Assembly (NCBI GenBank): GCA_963711565.1
Contig: CAVQEQ010000003.1
Span: 1,408,001-1,472,000 of the forward strand
From: an uncultured delta proteobacterium
Lineage (GTDB): Bacteria; Desulfobacterota; Binatia; Binatales; Binataceae
Length of the DNA: 64,000 nt
Direction of reading: 5' to 3'
A model generated the notes under the pieces. That model was not told where the DNA came from. It ran no database searches and saw only the letters and a program-made list of their open reading frames with translations. Position 1 is the first letter of the stretch; each line of letters starts with the position of its first letter. The position numbers were made by a program, and so were the translations under genes. Positions 40,543 through 51,724 of this stretch are shown piece by piece.

Positions 40543-41637
40543 CTAATTCAACACCGGTCCGTAAATGTTGAGTATGTTCGGCGACGGAGTTGGCGATGGC
40601 GTCATACTTGACGACGATGTGCCGGTCGGAGACGGCGTCGCGGAGATCGTCGGCGTCGCCGTCATAGTCGAGGACGACGTCGGAGTCATGCTCGGCGTCG
40701 CTGTGATGGTTAACGTTGGCGTCGCGGTCAGGGTTGCCGTGGCGGTTGCCGTTGGCGTCGCGGTCCGCGTCGCCGTGGATGTGGCGGTAGAGGTTGGCGT
40801 CGCAGTCATCGTCGTCGTGGCGGTTGCCGTCGGCGTCGGAGAGGTCACTGCAGTACCGAATGCGACGCCGCTGAGTTTTACCTTTTGCGGCGACTTTAGT
40901 GCGTCGTCGGCGATCTCCAGGCTTCCGCTCACCTTGGTTCCCCTGGATTTGCTTGCGCTGACCGGATTGAACGTCACTGAGACCTGGCAGTTGGAACTCG
41001 CGGCCAGCGAGCTGTCGCAGCTATTGGTTGTTATGGAGAACGGGCCCGAAGGCGTGATCGAGGTGATGGCCAATGCGACGGAATCAGGATTGCTCACGGT
41101 TACAGTTTTGGCGCTCGAGGCGGTATCGACGGCAACCTTGCCGAACGAGAGCGAAGACGGCTTGATCGCGATCTTTCCCGCCACCCCGGTCCCCGTCAAG
41201 GCGATCGATTTGAGGGTGGCATCGGCGGAATCGCCAATAACCAGGCTGGCCGACCTGGAGCCGAGCGCGGTGGGAGTAAAGGTCAGCGTCACGTCGCATC
41301 CGCTCCCGGGCGAGAGCGTCGCGGTGCAATTGGTGGTGGAGCTGAAGTCTCCCGGGTTGGCGCCGGTGATCTGAGAAGTCAATTCGGTGACGGTGGCCCC
41401 ATCTTTCGGATTCGAGATTTTAACCGTCTTGGTCGGGCTGGTTGCCCCGGTGACTCCGAACACCTCTTTCTTAAATTTGATCTTGTCAGGCGAAACCGTG
41501 AGACCTTTCGAGGCCGCCATGACCACCGACGCGGATGCTATGATGGTCAAAAGCGCGATGGGTACGATTATCGCGCCGGCGATCGCATAAACCGCGTGCG
41601 CTCGCCAACCAATCGGCCAACGAAATCGATTGTTCAA
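40543..41637 (-). CDS. Secreted protein with two choice-of-anchor-D (Ig-like) domains and Thr/Pro tail
   Basis: TTG start after GGGAGG; two P..L.F...V.N...C...C...F.P...L.G.G units; (TPTATA)n tail. Confidence 0.8.
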   Translation of the reverse strand: MNNRFRWPIGWRAHAVYAIAGAIIVPIALLTIIASASVVMAASKGLTVSPDKIKFKKEVFGVTGATSPTKTVKISNPKDGATVTELTSQITGANPGDFSSTTNCTATLSPGSGCDVTLTFTPTALGSRSASLVIGDSADATLKSIALTGTGVAGKIAIKPSSLSFGKVAVDTASSAKTVTVSNPDSVALAITSITPSGPFSITTNSCDSSLAASSNCQVSVTFNPVSASKSRGTKVSGSLEIADDALKSPQKVKLSGVAFGTAVTSPTPTATATTTMTATPTSTATSTATRTATPTATATATLTATPTLTITATPSMTPTSSSTMTATPTISATPSPTGTSSSSMTPSPTPSPNILNIYGPVLN

Positions 41638-41650
41638 CCGACCCTCCCGC

Positions 41651-42107
41651 CTATCGAGTGCAAAGGAGCGCGTCGGCGTAGTTCTCGGCGGTGTTGATGA
41701 TCCGGACTTCGTGGTAAGAATTGTCGACAACCATCGCGAGCGGACAGCCTCCGGCCGGGTTAGTGATGAACAGATAGCCATTTCCTGCGGTGTTGAGACA
41801 ATAAGTACCGGATACGCTCGCGGCAAAGTCGCTGTAGGTGGTGGTGCCGCCCGAATCGTTGTTCTGTGCCTGGTTAACCACGGTGAAGTCTCCAGTACCG
41901 TTTAAGGTGACTACTGCCACACTGCTGCCGGAGACGTTGGAAGAATTGGTTTTGATCTCGACGCATACGTAGGTGCCGTCAAGATCGGCCAAGGTGGTGG
42001 AGGAGCTGGTCGAGCAGGAAGGAGTGGGCGAAGGGCACGTCTGGGCGTAGGCGCCTGCTGCCGTTGAACAGGAAAAAGACGGCAAACAAAAGCAGAATCT
42101 TCTTCAT
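41651..42107 (-). CDS. Secreted 6-Cys protein of unknown function; +1 frameshift near 42065 in the signal peptide
   Basis: ATG 42107 gives MKKILLLFAVFFLF, one base out of frame with TAAGAYAQTCPSPTPSC. Confidence 0.7.
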
Positions 42108-42234
42108 CAATTGGATCCCCTCCGCCACAATATGCGCACAGTACGCTCTGATACCAAAAAGGTTACAGAGCGCTATTATCTATCTGTAGGTCCTATAGGT
42201 CCCGTTTCGCCATTCGCAGCGCGCCGCGTTCAGA

Positions 42235-45200
42235 TCATTTCTTCGGCTCCTTGCCGGTGCCCTCGAGCGTGACGCTCTTGTCGTCATCCGACTCGAGGTT
42301 GGTGTCTATAGTGAGCTTGCCCTTGTACTTCATCGCGGCGGTCGGCGTGAAGATCACCGACACTTCGCAACTTCCCGGCGGCACATCCTTGGACTTCGGG
42401 CCGAGGTCGTCGTCGTTACAGGTCTGAGTGATGCTGAAGGGGCTCGTCACGCCCGATTCCATCTCGATCAGAATCGGCAGCGGGGTCTTTTTCTTTTTGA
42501 CCTTGCCCGCGTTGGTGACCTTGACCGACTTGACTTTGTCCGAGCCCACCTCGACATTGCCGAAGTTGAGTGACTTGGGCGAGATCTTAAGCTTGCCGGG
42601 GACCGGAGTCGGCGTTGCAGTTGGCGTCGCGGTGGCGGTCGCGGTGGCCGTCGCGGTTGCGGTTGGAGTCGGAGTCGCAGGCGTCGTGACTACGTTGAAG
42701 CCGTCCGACGCGCTCGATGCGACCAGCGAGCCGGTGCCGGCGAAGGTCGCGGACAACGTCTCTATACCGGCGCCGCTGGCGGTTATCGCGCAGGTCGCGA
42801 TACCTTGCGCGTTGGTCGCGGCCTCGCACGTCTGGCCGCAGACCGAGAAGTTGATCGTCTCGCCAGAGAGCGCTGTGGCCGGGTTCTGCGACACGTCCGT
42901 AAGCGACGCGATCAGGTTGACGGTCTGTCCCTGGATCGCGCCTTTCGGACTTTGATTTAGGCTCATGAAGGTCACATCCGAGCCCGCACCCCAGGTTACC
43001 AGCGCCGGTGAGGACGTAACCACGTTGCTACTAATCGTCGTGGTGGCCGTCACGTTGTCGATTCCCTCGTGAGCGCCGACATAGCTGAACGACGCATCGC
43101 CGCTCGCGTTGGTATTGGCGACGCCGATGGTCGGATTTGCCCCTGTCACAGAAAATTTCACCGGAGTCCCGGCCGTGACGGAGCCGAAGTGCACGGAAGC
43201 CGTCAGCGTCTGCGTGGTGCCCTGCGCCGGGTTGGGCGAGACCGTAGACGGCGCCAGCACGATCGACGGCGTCGTGAGGTTGGTCGCGTAAGTGCAATCG
43301 CCCACAGTGTCTGTGATTCTGAACACCGCATTGCCATCGGCGAGATACACGCAACCGTCGGGACCGAAGACCGTAATCAGAGCCTGGATGCCGACGTTGC
43401 TGTTCGCCAACAGGGCGCCCGCGCTGGGCGGACTAGTGGTGAGATCGAACGTCCCCAGCCCGCTGTTGTTGGGGTTGATAGCCAGACTGCCCGAGATCAG
43501 ATACTGCGCGCCGCCGCCCGCAGCGGTTCCCGCCGCCAGCAGGATATCGTCGGCCGCATTGATGCTGGAAAGCGTCGTGACCGTTGCCGGTTGGGTGGTG
43601 TTGGTGCCGCCGACTTCCACCACGGTGCCGGCGTAGTCGCCGCTGAACTGGGTGCCGCCGAATGTGTAGATGGTTCCGTCGGGCGCGAAGGTGATCTGGT
43701 AGTTGCCCTGGGTGGGCAGCGTCGCGTAGCTCGAGAGGGTGGCGCTGCCACTGCCGGGATTGGAGATCCGGTACAGTGTGTTACTCCCAGACGGTCCCTC
43801 GCACGCATCATTCACGAACAAGTCGCCGGAGATCGGATCGGCCGCCATGTCCTCCGCGCAAGGGATACCCGTCACCACGGTGCCGACCACCGTGCCGTTC
43901 GACGGGTCGAGCTCGATGACACCGCCGGTGCTGGTGCCGCCGGTGGTTGCGCCCTGCGCCGCGTAGAGATTTCCGCCCTCGTACACCAACTGTCCCACTG
44001 CGGAGCCGAGCGTGCTGTTGAGCAGGGTGCTTGGGCCAGCTACCCCACCGCCCGAAGGAAGCTTGTAGATATCGCCGGTTGGCAAGTCGGACACGTAGAT
44101 ATTGCCCGAGGTGTCGAACGCGATTCCACCTGCGCCCGGGCAGCCCCCGAAGTTCACCTGGCCGTCGCCATAGGAGAAGTTGTTCGCCTGCAGGCCGGTC
44201 ACGTATGGAGTTACCACGTATCCTGAGGCCGCGATCGGGGTGCCGTTGGCGCATCCCGACTCAGGCCCATCGCTGAAGGTCACCTGAGTGGTTGCAGGGA
44301 ACGGCAGGTTGCCATCGGTCACGTCGGTTGCGCTGTAGGTCACAGTTTCGTTGTTGGTGTCGGTCGCGGTGAACACGACCTGTCCGCTGCTGTTGGTGAC
44401 GGGCGGGTTGGGTCCGGTGATGGTTGAGCTGCCGGTCTGATTAAGCTGAATGAGCTTGCCCGGCGATGGACGCGAGAGCGAATCCTCGAGCGTGACCGTG
44501 ATCTCGGTGGTGGTCACGCCGTCGGCAGTCACGGTGGTCGGGAACGCGCCAATACCGGCACTGGTCGCCGGCGGCGTTACGAACTGGATAACCGGTGTTT
44601 CGGCAAGCGTTTCGGTGTCGGTCGTGTCGGTTGCCGTTAGCGTGGGGCTCTCGACCGTAGAATCTGTCACCTGAAACTCGGCATTGCCGTCGCCGTCTGA
44701 TGTTGCGCTGGGTGGAGTGATACTGGCATGACTGCCCGAACTCGCGGTCAGTGAAACGGTCTTACCGCTGACCGGAAAATCGTTGGCGTCGCGCAAGAGT
44801 ACCTGCACTGTTCCAGAGCTGGTCCCATCGGCCGGGACACTGCCGTCCGGATTACCGCCGGCAGCCACCGCGGTGGAACCAGTCGTGCTGACGGCGCCGA
44901 GTGTCTCGCCACTGAGCGCCAGCCTTAGCTGGAGAAAGTCGGGCGAGCCGAGGCCGACATGCGCGAAGTCGGTGCCCATGCTGGCCGGACTATGGAACGC
45001 GTCGGTGCCCGCGAGCGGGTACAGAAATATGTTTGCGTTCGCGAGGTTGGTACCAAGCATCGCATTGAGCTCGGCTGCGAACGCCGCCCACTCCGGCGCC
45101 GCCATGCTGGTGCCGCCGAAGCGAAGCCCGCTCGGACAACCACCGTCATCGGCCTGGCAAATGAGAAGACCTTGCGCCGGGTCGGCATCAACCGCCACGT

Positions 45201-46842
45201 CGGGCACCGAACGCATCGCAGACAATCCAGTCTGATACGCAGGCGCGGTAAAAAATTTGCTGACGCCGAAGCCGCCCTGCCCGGTCGGCGGCGTGGCGTC
45301 CGTGCCGTTCCACCACGTTTCGCTGCCATAGGTCAGGCCGGGTCCGGGTGTCGGCGTGGTGCCGCCGACCGCCGTGGCGTTCGGCGAGTCTGCCGGCACT
45401 CCAATTGTATTGGGACTGCCGTCGAGGCAAGTGCTGCCTGAGTCGCCGGTGCCGTTGAAGACGCTGATCCCGCCGGCGGCAGCGGTCTGCAAGACTGAAT
45501 CGATACTGTTAGCTTCGGCTGACGTCGTCTGATCCTCGCATTGCGACCATGAGTTGCTGATGACGGTGTCGCCGTCGTCGATCATGGCGTTGAACATCGT
45601 CTCGAAACTCGTGCTGCTCGGACCTTCGTACACGACGTAATTAACGTTGGGCAGTGGCGCCAGCAACATCACGATGTCCGTATCGAGCAGGACCTCCGAC
45701 TCGTAGGGTCCGGGCGTTGCGACGCCGCCGTTAACCGGCTCTTCGCTGAGCTGTCCGAATGTCGCACCGCCCCCGAACACGGCCAGCCAGTTCGAGACGT
45801 CGCTGGGCTGGAAAGTGTCGAACTCGAGCAAGCCAATTTTCTGCGGATTCGAAGTTGGGTCGGTTTCAGGCGAGCTCTTCACGGTGCCCGACTTCGCGGA
45901 AGGACGGGCAGCGCCGCCGAGGCCGATTACCTTGGCGAATGCGGCGCACTGCGGGTTGCGAACCCACATCGTCGGGTCGATCATCCCTGCAACGTCGCAG
46001 GTGATAAGAGAGGCGGAGGTGGCTGCTATCATGCCGCCGCAGATCATTTGAGAGATCGGATTCAGCGCGTTCAAAGCTGTCAGCGCGGACAAATCTATCC
46101 CCGCGATAACCGCGAAGTTGGCGATCAACGTCGGGATCAATCCGGTGCCCGACTTGACCGTACTGACGAGGCCACAGGCGGTAAGTGTCCACTGCAGATC
46201 GGGCGTGACATTAGGCGTCAGCCCACCGAAGTCGTCAGCGATAGCTGGTTGCTCGACGTGGCGGGCCGGATAGGCGAGATTGGAGAGCCCGGCGATCGCT
46301 TCGATGCGAGGCGCGAGCCTGGGCGGAACGGCCTGCGCCTGATCGTTGGCGAAGAAGGTTCGGTCCTGAATTCGGTAGTCGTGAAGATTTACCTCGAACG
46401 ATCTCTCTGCTTGCGCTCGCGTGCCGCGCATCGTGAGCGTGAGGCGGTTCTTCGAGCCGCGCTCGAGCCTGAATCCGTTCGACCTCATCCAGTGCAGAAC
46501 GGAATCGTAATCCGCCCGGCTAGGGCCGAAGCGATCTGCAATCTGTCGCTGTGTCAGGAAGTGATGAAAGCTGGGCGACTTGGGATCGTAGAGATCATGC
46601 AGGAAGCGGTCGAAGCCCGGCTGGTCGTCGTGCTTGAGGACGAGCGTCAGAGTGATGGGCGCGTTGTTCCTTTTGGTGCTCGAAGGAACAATCGTCGCCT
46701 TCGAGAGCGCGGGCAGCACATGTCCCGGCAGCCGAACCGCCGTGGCCGAGGCGTTAGAATTTTCGCTTGCTCTCGTTATAGATGGGCTAGACAGAAGAAT
46801 TGAAGCGAACGACAGTACCAAGCACAAACGCATCCCAGACAT
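42235..46842 (-). CDS. Multidomain S53 (sedolisin/kumamolisin) protease: prodomain, catalytic domain, Big_1 Ig domains, beta-propeller, TP linker, choice-of-anchor D
   Basis: LYDPKSPSFHHFLT prodomain; EVLLD, ISNSW, GDSG, VPDVA, GGTSMAAP catalytic motifs. Confidence 0.88.
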   Translation of the reverse strand: MSGMRLCLVLSFASILLSSPSITRASENSNASATAVRLPGHVLPALSKATIVPSSTKRNNAPITLTLVLKHDDQPGFDRFLHDLYDPKSPSFHHFLTQRQIADRFGPSRADYDSVLHWMRSNGFRLERGSKNRLTLTMRGTRAQAERSFEVNLHDYRIQDRTFFANDQAQAVPPRLAPRIEAIAGLSNLAYPARHVEQPAIADDFGGLTPNVTPDLQWTLTACGLVSTVKSGTGLIPTLIANFAVIAGIDLSALTALNALNPISQMICGGMIAATSASLITCDVAGMIDPTMWVRNPQCAAFAKVIGLGGAARPSAKSGTVKSSPETDPTSNPQKIGLLEFDTFQPSDVSNWLAVFGGGATFGQLSEEPVNGGVATPGPYESEVLLDTDIVMLLAPLPNVNYVVYEGPSSTSFETMFNAMIDDGDTVISNSWSQCEDQTTSAEANSIDSVLQTAAAGGISVFNGTGDSGSTCLDGSPNTIGVPADSPNATAVGGTTPTPGPGLTYGSETWWNGTDATPPTGQGGFGVSKFFTAPAYQTGLSAMRSVPDVAVDADPAQGLLICQADDGGCPSGLRFGGTSMAAPEWAAFAAELNAMLGTNLANANIFLYPLAGTDAFHSPASMGTDFAHVGLGSPDFLQLRLALSGETLGAVSTTGSTAVAAGGNPDGSVPADGTSSGTVQVLLRDANDFPVSGKTVSLTASSGSHASITPPSATSDGDGNAEFQVTDSTVESPTLTATDTTDTETLAETPVIQFVTPPATSAGIGAFPTTVTADGVTTTEITVTLEDSLSRPSPGKLIQLNQTGSSTITGPNPPVTNSSGQVVFTATDTNNETVTYSATDVTDGNLPFPATTQVTFSDGPESGCANGTPIAASGYVVTPYVTGLQANNFSYGDGQVNFGGCPGAGGIAFDTSGNIYVSDLPTGDIYKLPSGGGVAGPSTLLNSTLGSAVGQLVYEGGNLYAAQGATTGGTSTGGVIELDPSNGTVVGTVVTGIPCAEDMAADPISGDLFVNDACEGPSGSNTLYRISNPGSGSATLSSYATLPTQGNYQITFAPDGTIYTFGGTQFSGDYAGTVVEVGGTNTTQPATVTTLSSINAADDILLAAGTAAGGGAQYLISGSLAINPNNSGLGTFDLTTSPPSAGALLANSNVGIQALITVFGPDGCVYLADGNAVFRITDTVGDCTYATNLTTPSIVLAPSTVSPNPAQGTTQTLTASVHFGSVTAGTPVKFSVTGANPTIGVANTNASGDASFSYVGAHEGIDNVTATTTISSNVVTSSPALVTWGAGSDVTFMSLNQSPKGAIQGQTVNLIASLTDVSQNPATALSGETINFSVCGQTCEAATNAQGIATCAITASGAGIETLSATFAGTGSLVASSASDGFNVVTTPATPTPTATATATATATATPTATPTPVPGKLKISPKSLNFGNVEVGSDKVKSVKVTNAGKVKKKKTPLPILIEMESGVTSPFSITQTCNDDDLGPKSKDVPPGSCEVSVIFTPTAAMKYKGKLTIDTNLESDDDKSVTLEGTGKEPKK

Positions 46843-47081
46843 CGCAACCCCCGTGTCACTTTGGAATCCCGAGCTTCGATATGCATCGACTCATTTAAAC
46901 TCGCATTGACACTGGCCTTATTGCAAACGCAAAGTACGAGTCCGGATTTGAGCTCAAGCCGGACTAATCCGGCTGATGTCGGGGTCATTCAGGCTCCGAG
47001 GCTCCAAGAAAGCAGAGCGGCAAAAGCTCGCCCTCTCCGCGCTTGCGCCACGAGGCGACCGCGTGTATTCGATGCGTCGAG

Positions 47082-48369
47082 ATGGCCAAGTCTGATTCAA
47101 TCGTCGCGTCGGGCGTTGACGCGGCCCGGGCGCGGCGACCTGCGATCATCGATCGCTTCGCGCGCGGCGCGGTTCTCAGCCTGGCTGGCCGGGATCAAAA
47201 CCGGGCGTATCGTGATTGAAGACGGCGGCGAGCGCATCCCATTCGGCCAGGATTTATCCGCCGCCGATTTGCGCGCCACCATCCGCGTTCACGACCGCCG
47301 CTTCTATTCCGATCTCGCGCTCGCGGGCAGCATGGGCGCGGGCGAGGCGTACATGGCAGGCTCGTGGACGACCGACGACCTGACCGCGCTCGTGCAGATC
47401 ATGATTCGCAACCGCGACGTGATGGAGGGCATCGACGGCGGCCTCGCGCGGCTGGCCAATCCGGTCCGCCGCTTCCTCCACTACTTAAATCGCAACACCA
47501 GGACCGGCAGCGAGCGCAACATCGCGGCGCATTACGATCTCGGCAACGATTTCTTCGAGCTGATTCTCGATCGCACGCTGATGATGTACTCGTGCGCGAT
47601 CTTCGAGCGTCCCGACGCCACGCTCGAGGAAGCGGCGACGGCCAAGGTCGATCGCATCTGCCGCAAGCTCGATCTGCGCACACACGATCATCTGATCGAG
47701 ATCGGCACCGGATGGGGCGGGTTTGCGATTCATGCGGCCAAGAACTACGGATGCCGGGTCACGACCACCACGATTTCGTGCGCGCAGCACGACTACGCCG
47801 TCAAGCGAATCGCCGCCGAAGGCTTGTCGGAGCGAATCACCGTGCTGTTCAAGGACTACCGCGATCTGAACGGCCAGTTCGACAAGGCCGTTTCGATCGA
47901 GATGATCGAAGCGGTCGGGCATCACTTTCTCGATTCATATTTCCGCAAATGCGGCGAGCTGCTGAAGCCCGACGGCATGATGCTGTTGCAAGCGATTACG
48001 ATCGCCGACCGCGAGTACGAGGGCGCGACCAGGCGCGTCGATTTCATCAAGAAGTACATCTTCCCCGGCAGCTTCATCCCGTCGGTCACGGCGCTGTGCG
48101 ATTCGATCACGCGCTCGAGCGACCTGCGCCTGTTCCATCTCGAAGATCTTACGCCCAACTACGCCGAGACCCTGAAGAACTGGCGGCTCCGGATGTTCAA
48201 GAATATCGAACGCGTGCGCGCGCTCGGCTATCCCGAAGAATTCATCCGCATGTGGGAGTTCTATCTCTGCTACTGCGAGGGCGGGTTCCGCGAGCGCTAC
48301 ATCGGCGACGTGCAGATGCTGTTGACGAAACCGGATTCCCGCCGCGCCCCAATCCTGCCGCGCCTGTAA
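47082..48369 (+). CDS. cfa: Cyclopropane-fatty-acyl-phospholipid synthase family methyltransferase (apparent +1 frameshift near 47180)
   Basis: NIAAHYDLGNDFF, EIGTGWGG, VSIEMIEAVG, KYIFPG, WEFYLCYCEGGF; N-terminus MAKSD..IIDRFARGAVL is in the adjacent frame. Confidence 0.85.
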
Positions 48370-48388
48370 GCTCTAGCGAATGGGATTT

Positions 48389-48513
48389 ACCTCTCCCCGC
48401 GGGAGAGGTCGTGCGGCGACACTTGTGTCGCGCACGGGTGAGGGTGCGAAGATCGAGCTGGATGCCGGCGCCCTCACCCGCGCCGGAGCGCGTCCTCTCC
48501 CGGTGGGAGAGGT
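48389..48513. repeat. REP-like composite inverted repeat
   Basis: cctctccccgcgggagagg ... gggtgagggt ... ccctcaccc ... cctctcccggtgggagagg. Confidence 0.75.
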
Positions 48514-48557
48514 ATAGGACTGCCATTCGTGCTGCAGTTTGAGGAGCTGGCTGTCGC

Positions 48558-48597
48558 TTGACAACAGCGATAACTAGATGGTAATGACTATCATCTA
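48558..48597 (+). promoter_or_regulatory. Promoter region (-35 TTGACA) with Fur/PerR-box palindrome
   Basis: TTGACA at 48558; tagatggtaatgactatcatcta (48575..48597), core 12/14 match to TGATAATnATTATCA. Confidence 0.7.
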
Positions 48598-48601
48598 AAT
48601 A

Positions 48602-49105
48602 ATGGAACTACAGCTCGTAAATGAAAGGCGCCGCGGTCCTTACGCGGCCAAGCGCCTGGCCGAGTTCGCCGGGCGATGCCGCCGGGGCGGACTCGCGGTC
48701 ACGCCTCAGCGCCTCGCGATCATCAAGGCGCTGCTCGGCTCGGGCGAGCATCCGCGCGCCGACGCGATCTTCGCAAAGGTCCGGCTGGAACATCCGCATA
48801 TCTCGCTCGCCACTGTGCATCGCACACTCGAAACGCTGTGCGACATCGGCGAGGCGCGCAAGGTCACGATGCTGCACGACAGCGCGCGCTACGACGGCAA
48901 TATCACGCCGCATCATCATGTGGTGTGCGTCAAATGCCGGCGCATCCGCGATATCGAGATTCCGCATCTCGATCGCCTGCTTGCGGGACGGTCGGAGCTG
49001 GGCGAGTTCACGGTGATTGGATCGACGCTGGAGATTCATGCGCTGTGCGAGGAATGCGGCGCCAGGCGCTCGAAGGCGAAGCGGATCGGAAAGTCCCGCG
49101 GCTGA
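48602..49105 (+). CDS. Fur family regulator (PerR/FurA-like)
   Basis: TPQRLAI, HPRAD, ISLATVHRTL, RYDGN..HHHVVCVKC, C-terminal CEEC; upstream of katG. Confidence 0.9.
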   Translation: MELQLVNERRRGPYAAKRLAEFAGRCRRGGLAVTPQRLAIIKALLGSGEHPRADAIFAKVRLEHPHISLATVHRTLETLCDIGEARKVTMLHDSARYDGNITPHHHVVCVKCRRIRDIEIPHLDRLLAGRSELGEFTVIGSTLEIHALCEECGARRSKAKRIGKSRG

Positions 49106-49120
49106 CTTCAAACCAACTAA

Positions 49121-51331
<2,211 letters not shown>

Positions 51332-51340
51332 GATCTCAGC

Positions 51341-51376
51341 GGAGCGGCGTTTCAAGTTATTTTGAAACGCCGCTCC
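51341..51376 (+). terminator. Hairpin after katG
   Basis: Perfect 15-bp stem ggagcggcgtttcaa/ttgaaacgccgctcc, 6-nt loop; no U-tract. Confidence 0.55.
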
Positions 51377-51535
51377 CGCGTCTTGCCCTCGTGATCCCCA
51401 GGTCGCATCAGCTATCTGGATCGAAGGACAAAATCCTAAGCTCTCGTTGTCCGAGAGAGCTTTGCACAACTTGGCTGGACGCACGCAGGCAGAAACAGAA
51501 TCTTGAACCGCGCGCAGAAGAGCGCGCTGCATAAG

Positions 51536-51600
51536 GACCCTCACCCTTCGGCAGGCTCAGGGCAGGCTCCTCGATCCTGTCCCATTCTGGGAGAGGGGAA
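51536..51600. repeat. Degenerate REP-like element related to 48389..48513
   Basis: ccctcaccc ... cccattctgggagagggg with an internal cccttcggcaggctcagggcagg unit. Confidence 0.5.
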
Positions 51601-51662
51601 AGGCGTCGCGCAGTGACCGCAAAGGTCTCTCGGACATTGGCGAGCCGGGCGATCTCGAAGGG

Positions 51663-51706
51663 CAGAAAGACGAACGCCGAATCCGGTTGTCCGGATTCGG
51701 CGTTCG
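51663..51706 (-). terminator. Rho-independent terminator of the 51725..53314 gene
   Basis: Perfect 16-bp stem cgaacgccgaatccgg/ccggattcggcgttcg followed by TCTTTC on the minus strand. Confidence 0.7.
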
Positions 51707-51724
51707 ACGTTTGGTTTCTACCAG

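Noticed and set aside
40590-40850. Periodic repeats (also 42600-42690) as a CRISPR or satellite array
   Set aside because: They are degenerate codons for TPTATA linkers, with no identical repeat-spacer structure.
42187-42202. taggtcc-ta-taggtcc direct repeat
   Set aside because: Only two short units; chance cannot be excluded.
46939-46965. Imperfect palindrome agtccgg..gagctc..ccggact in the divergent S53/cfa intergenic region
   Set aside because: It could be an operator, but there is no second copy or cognate regulator in the window.
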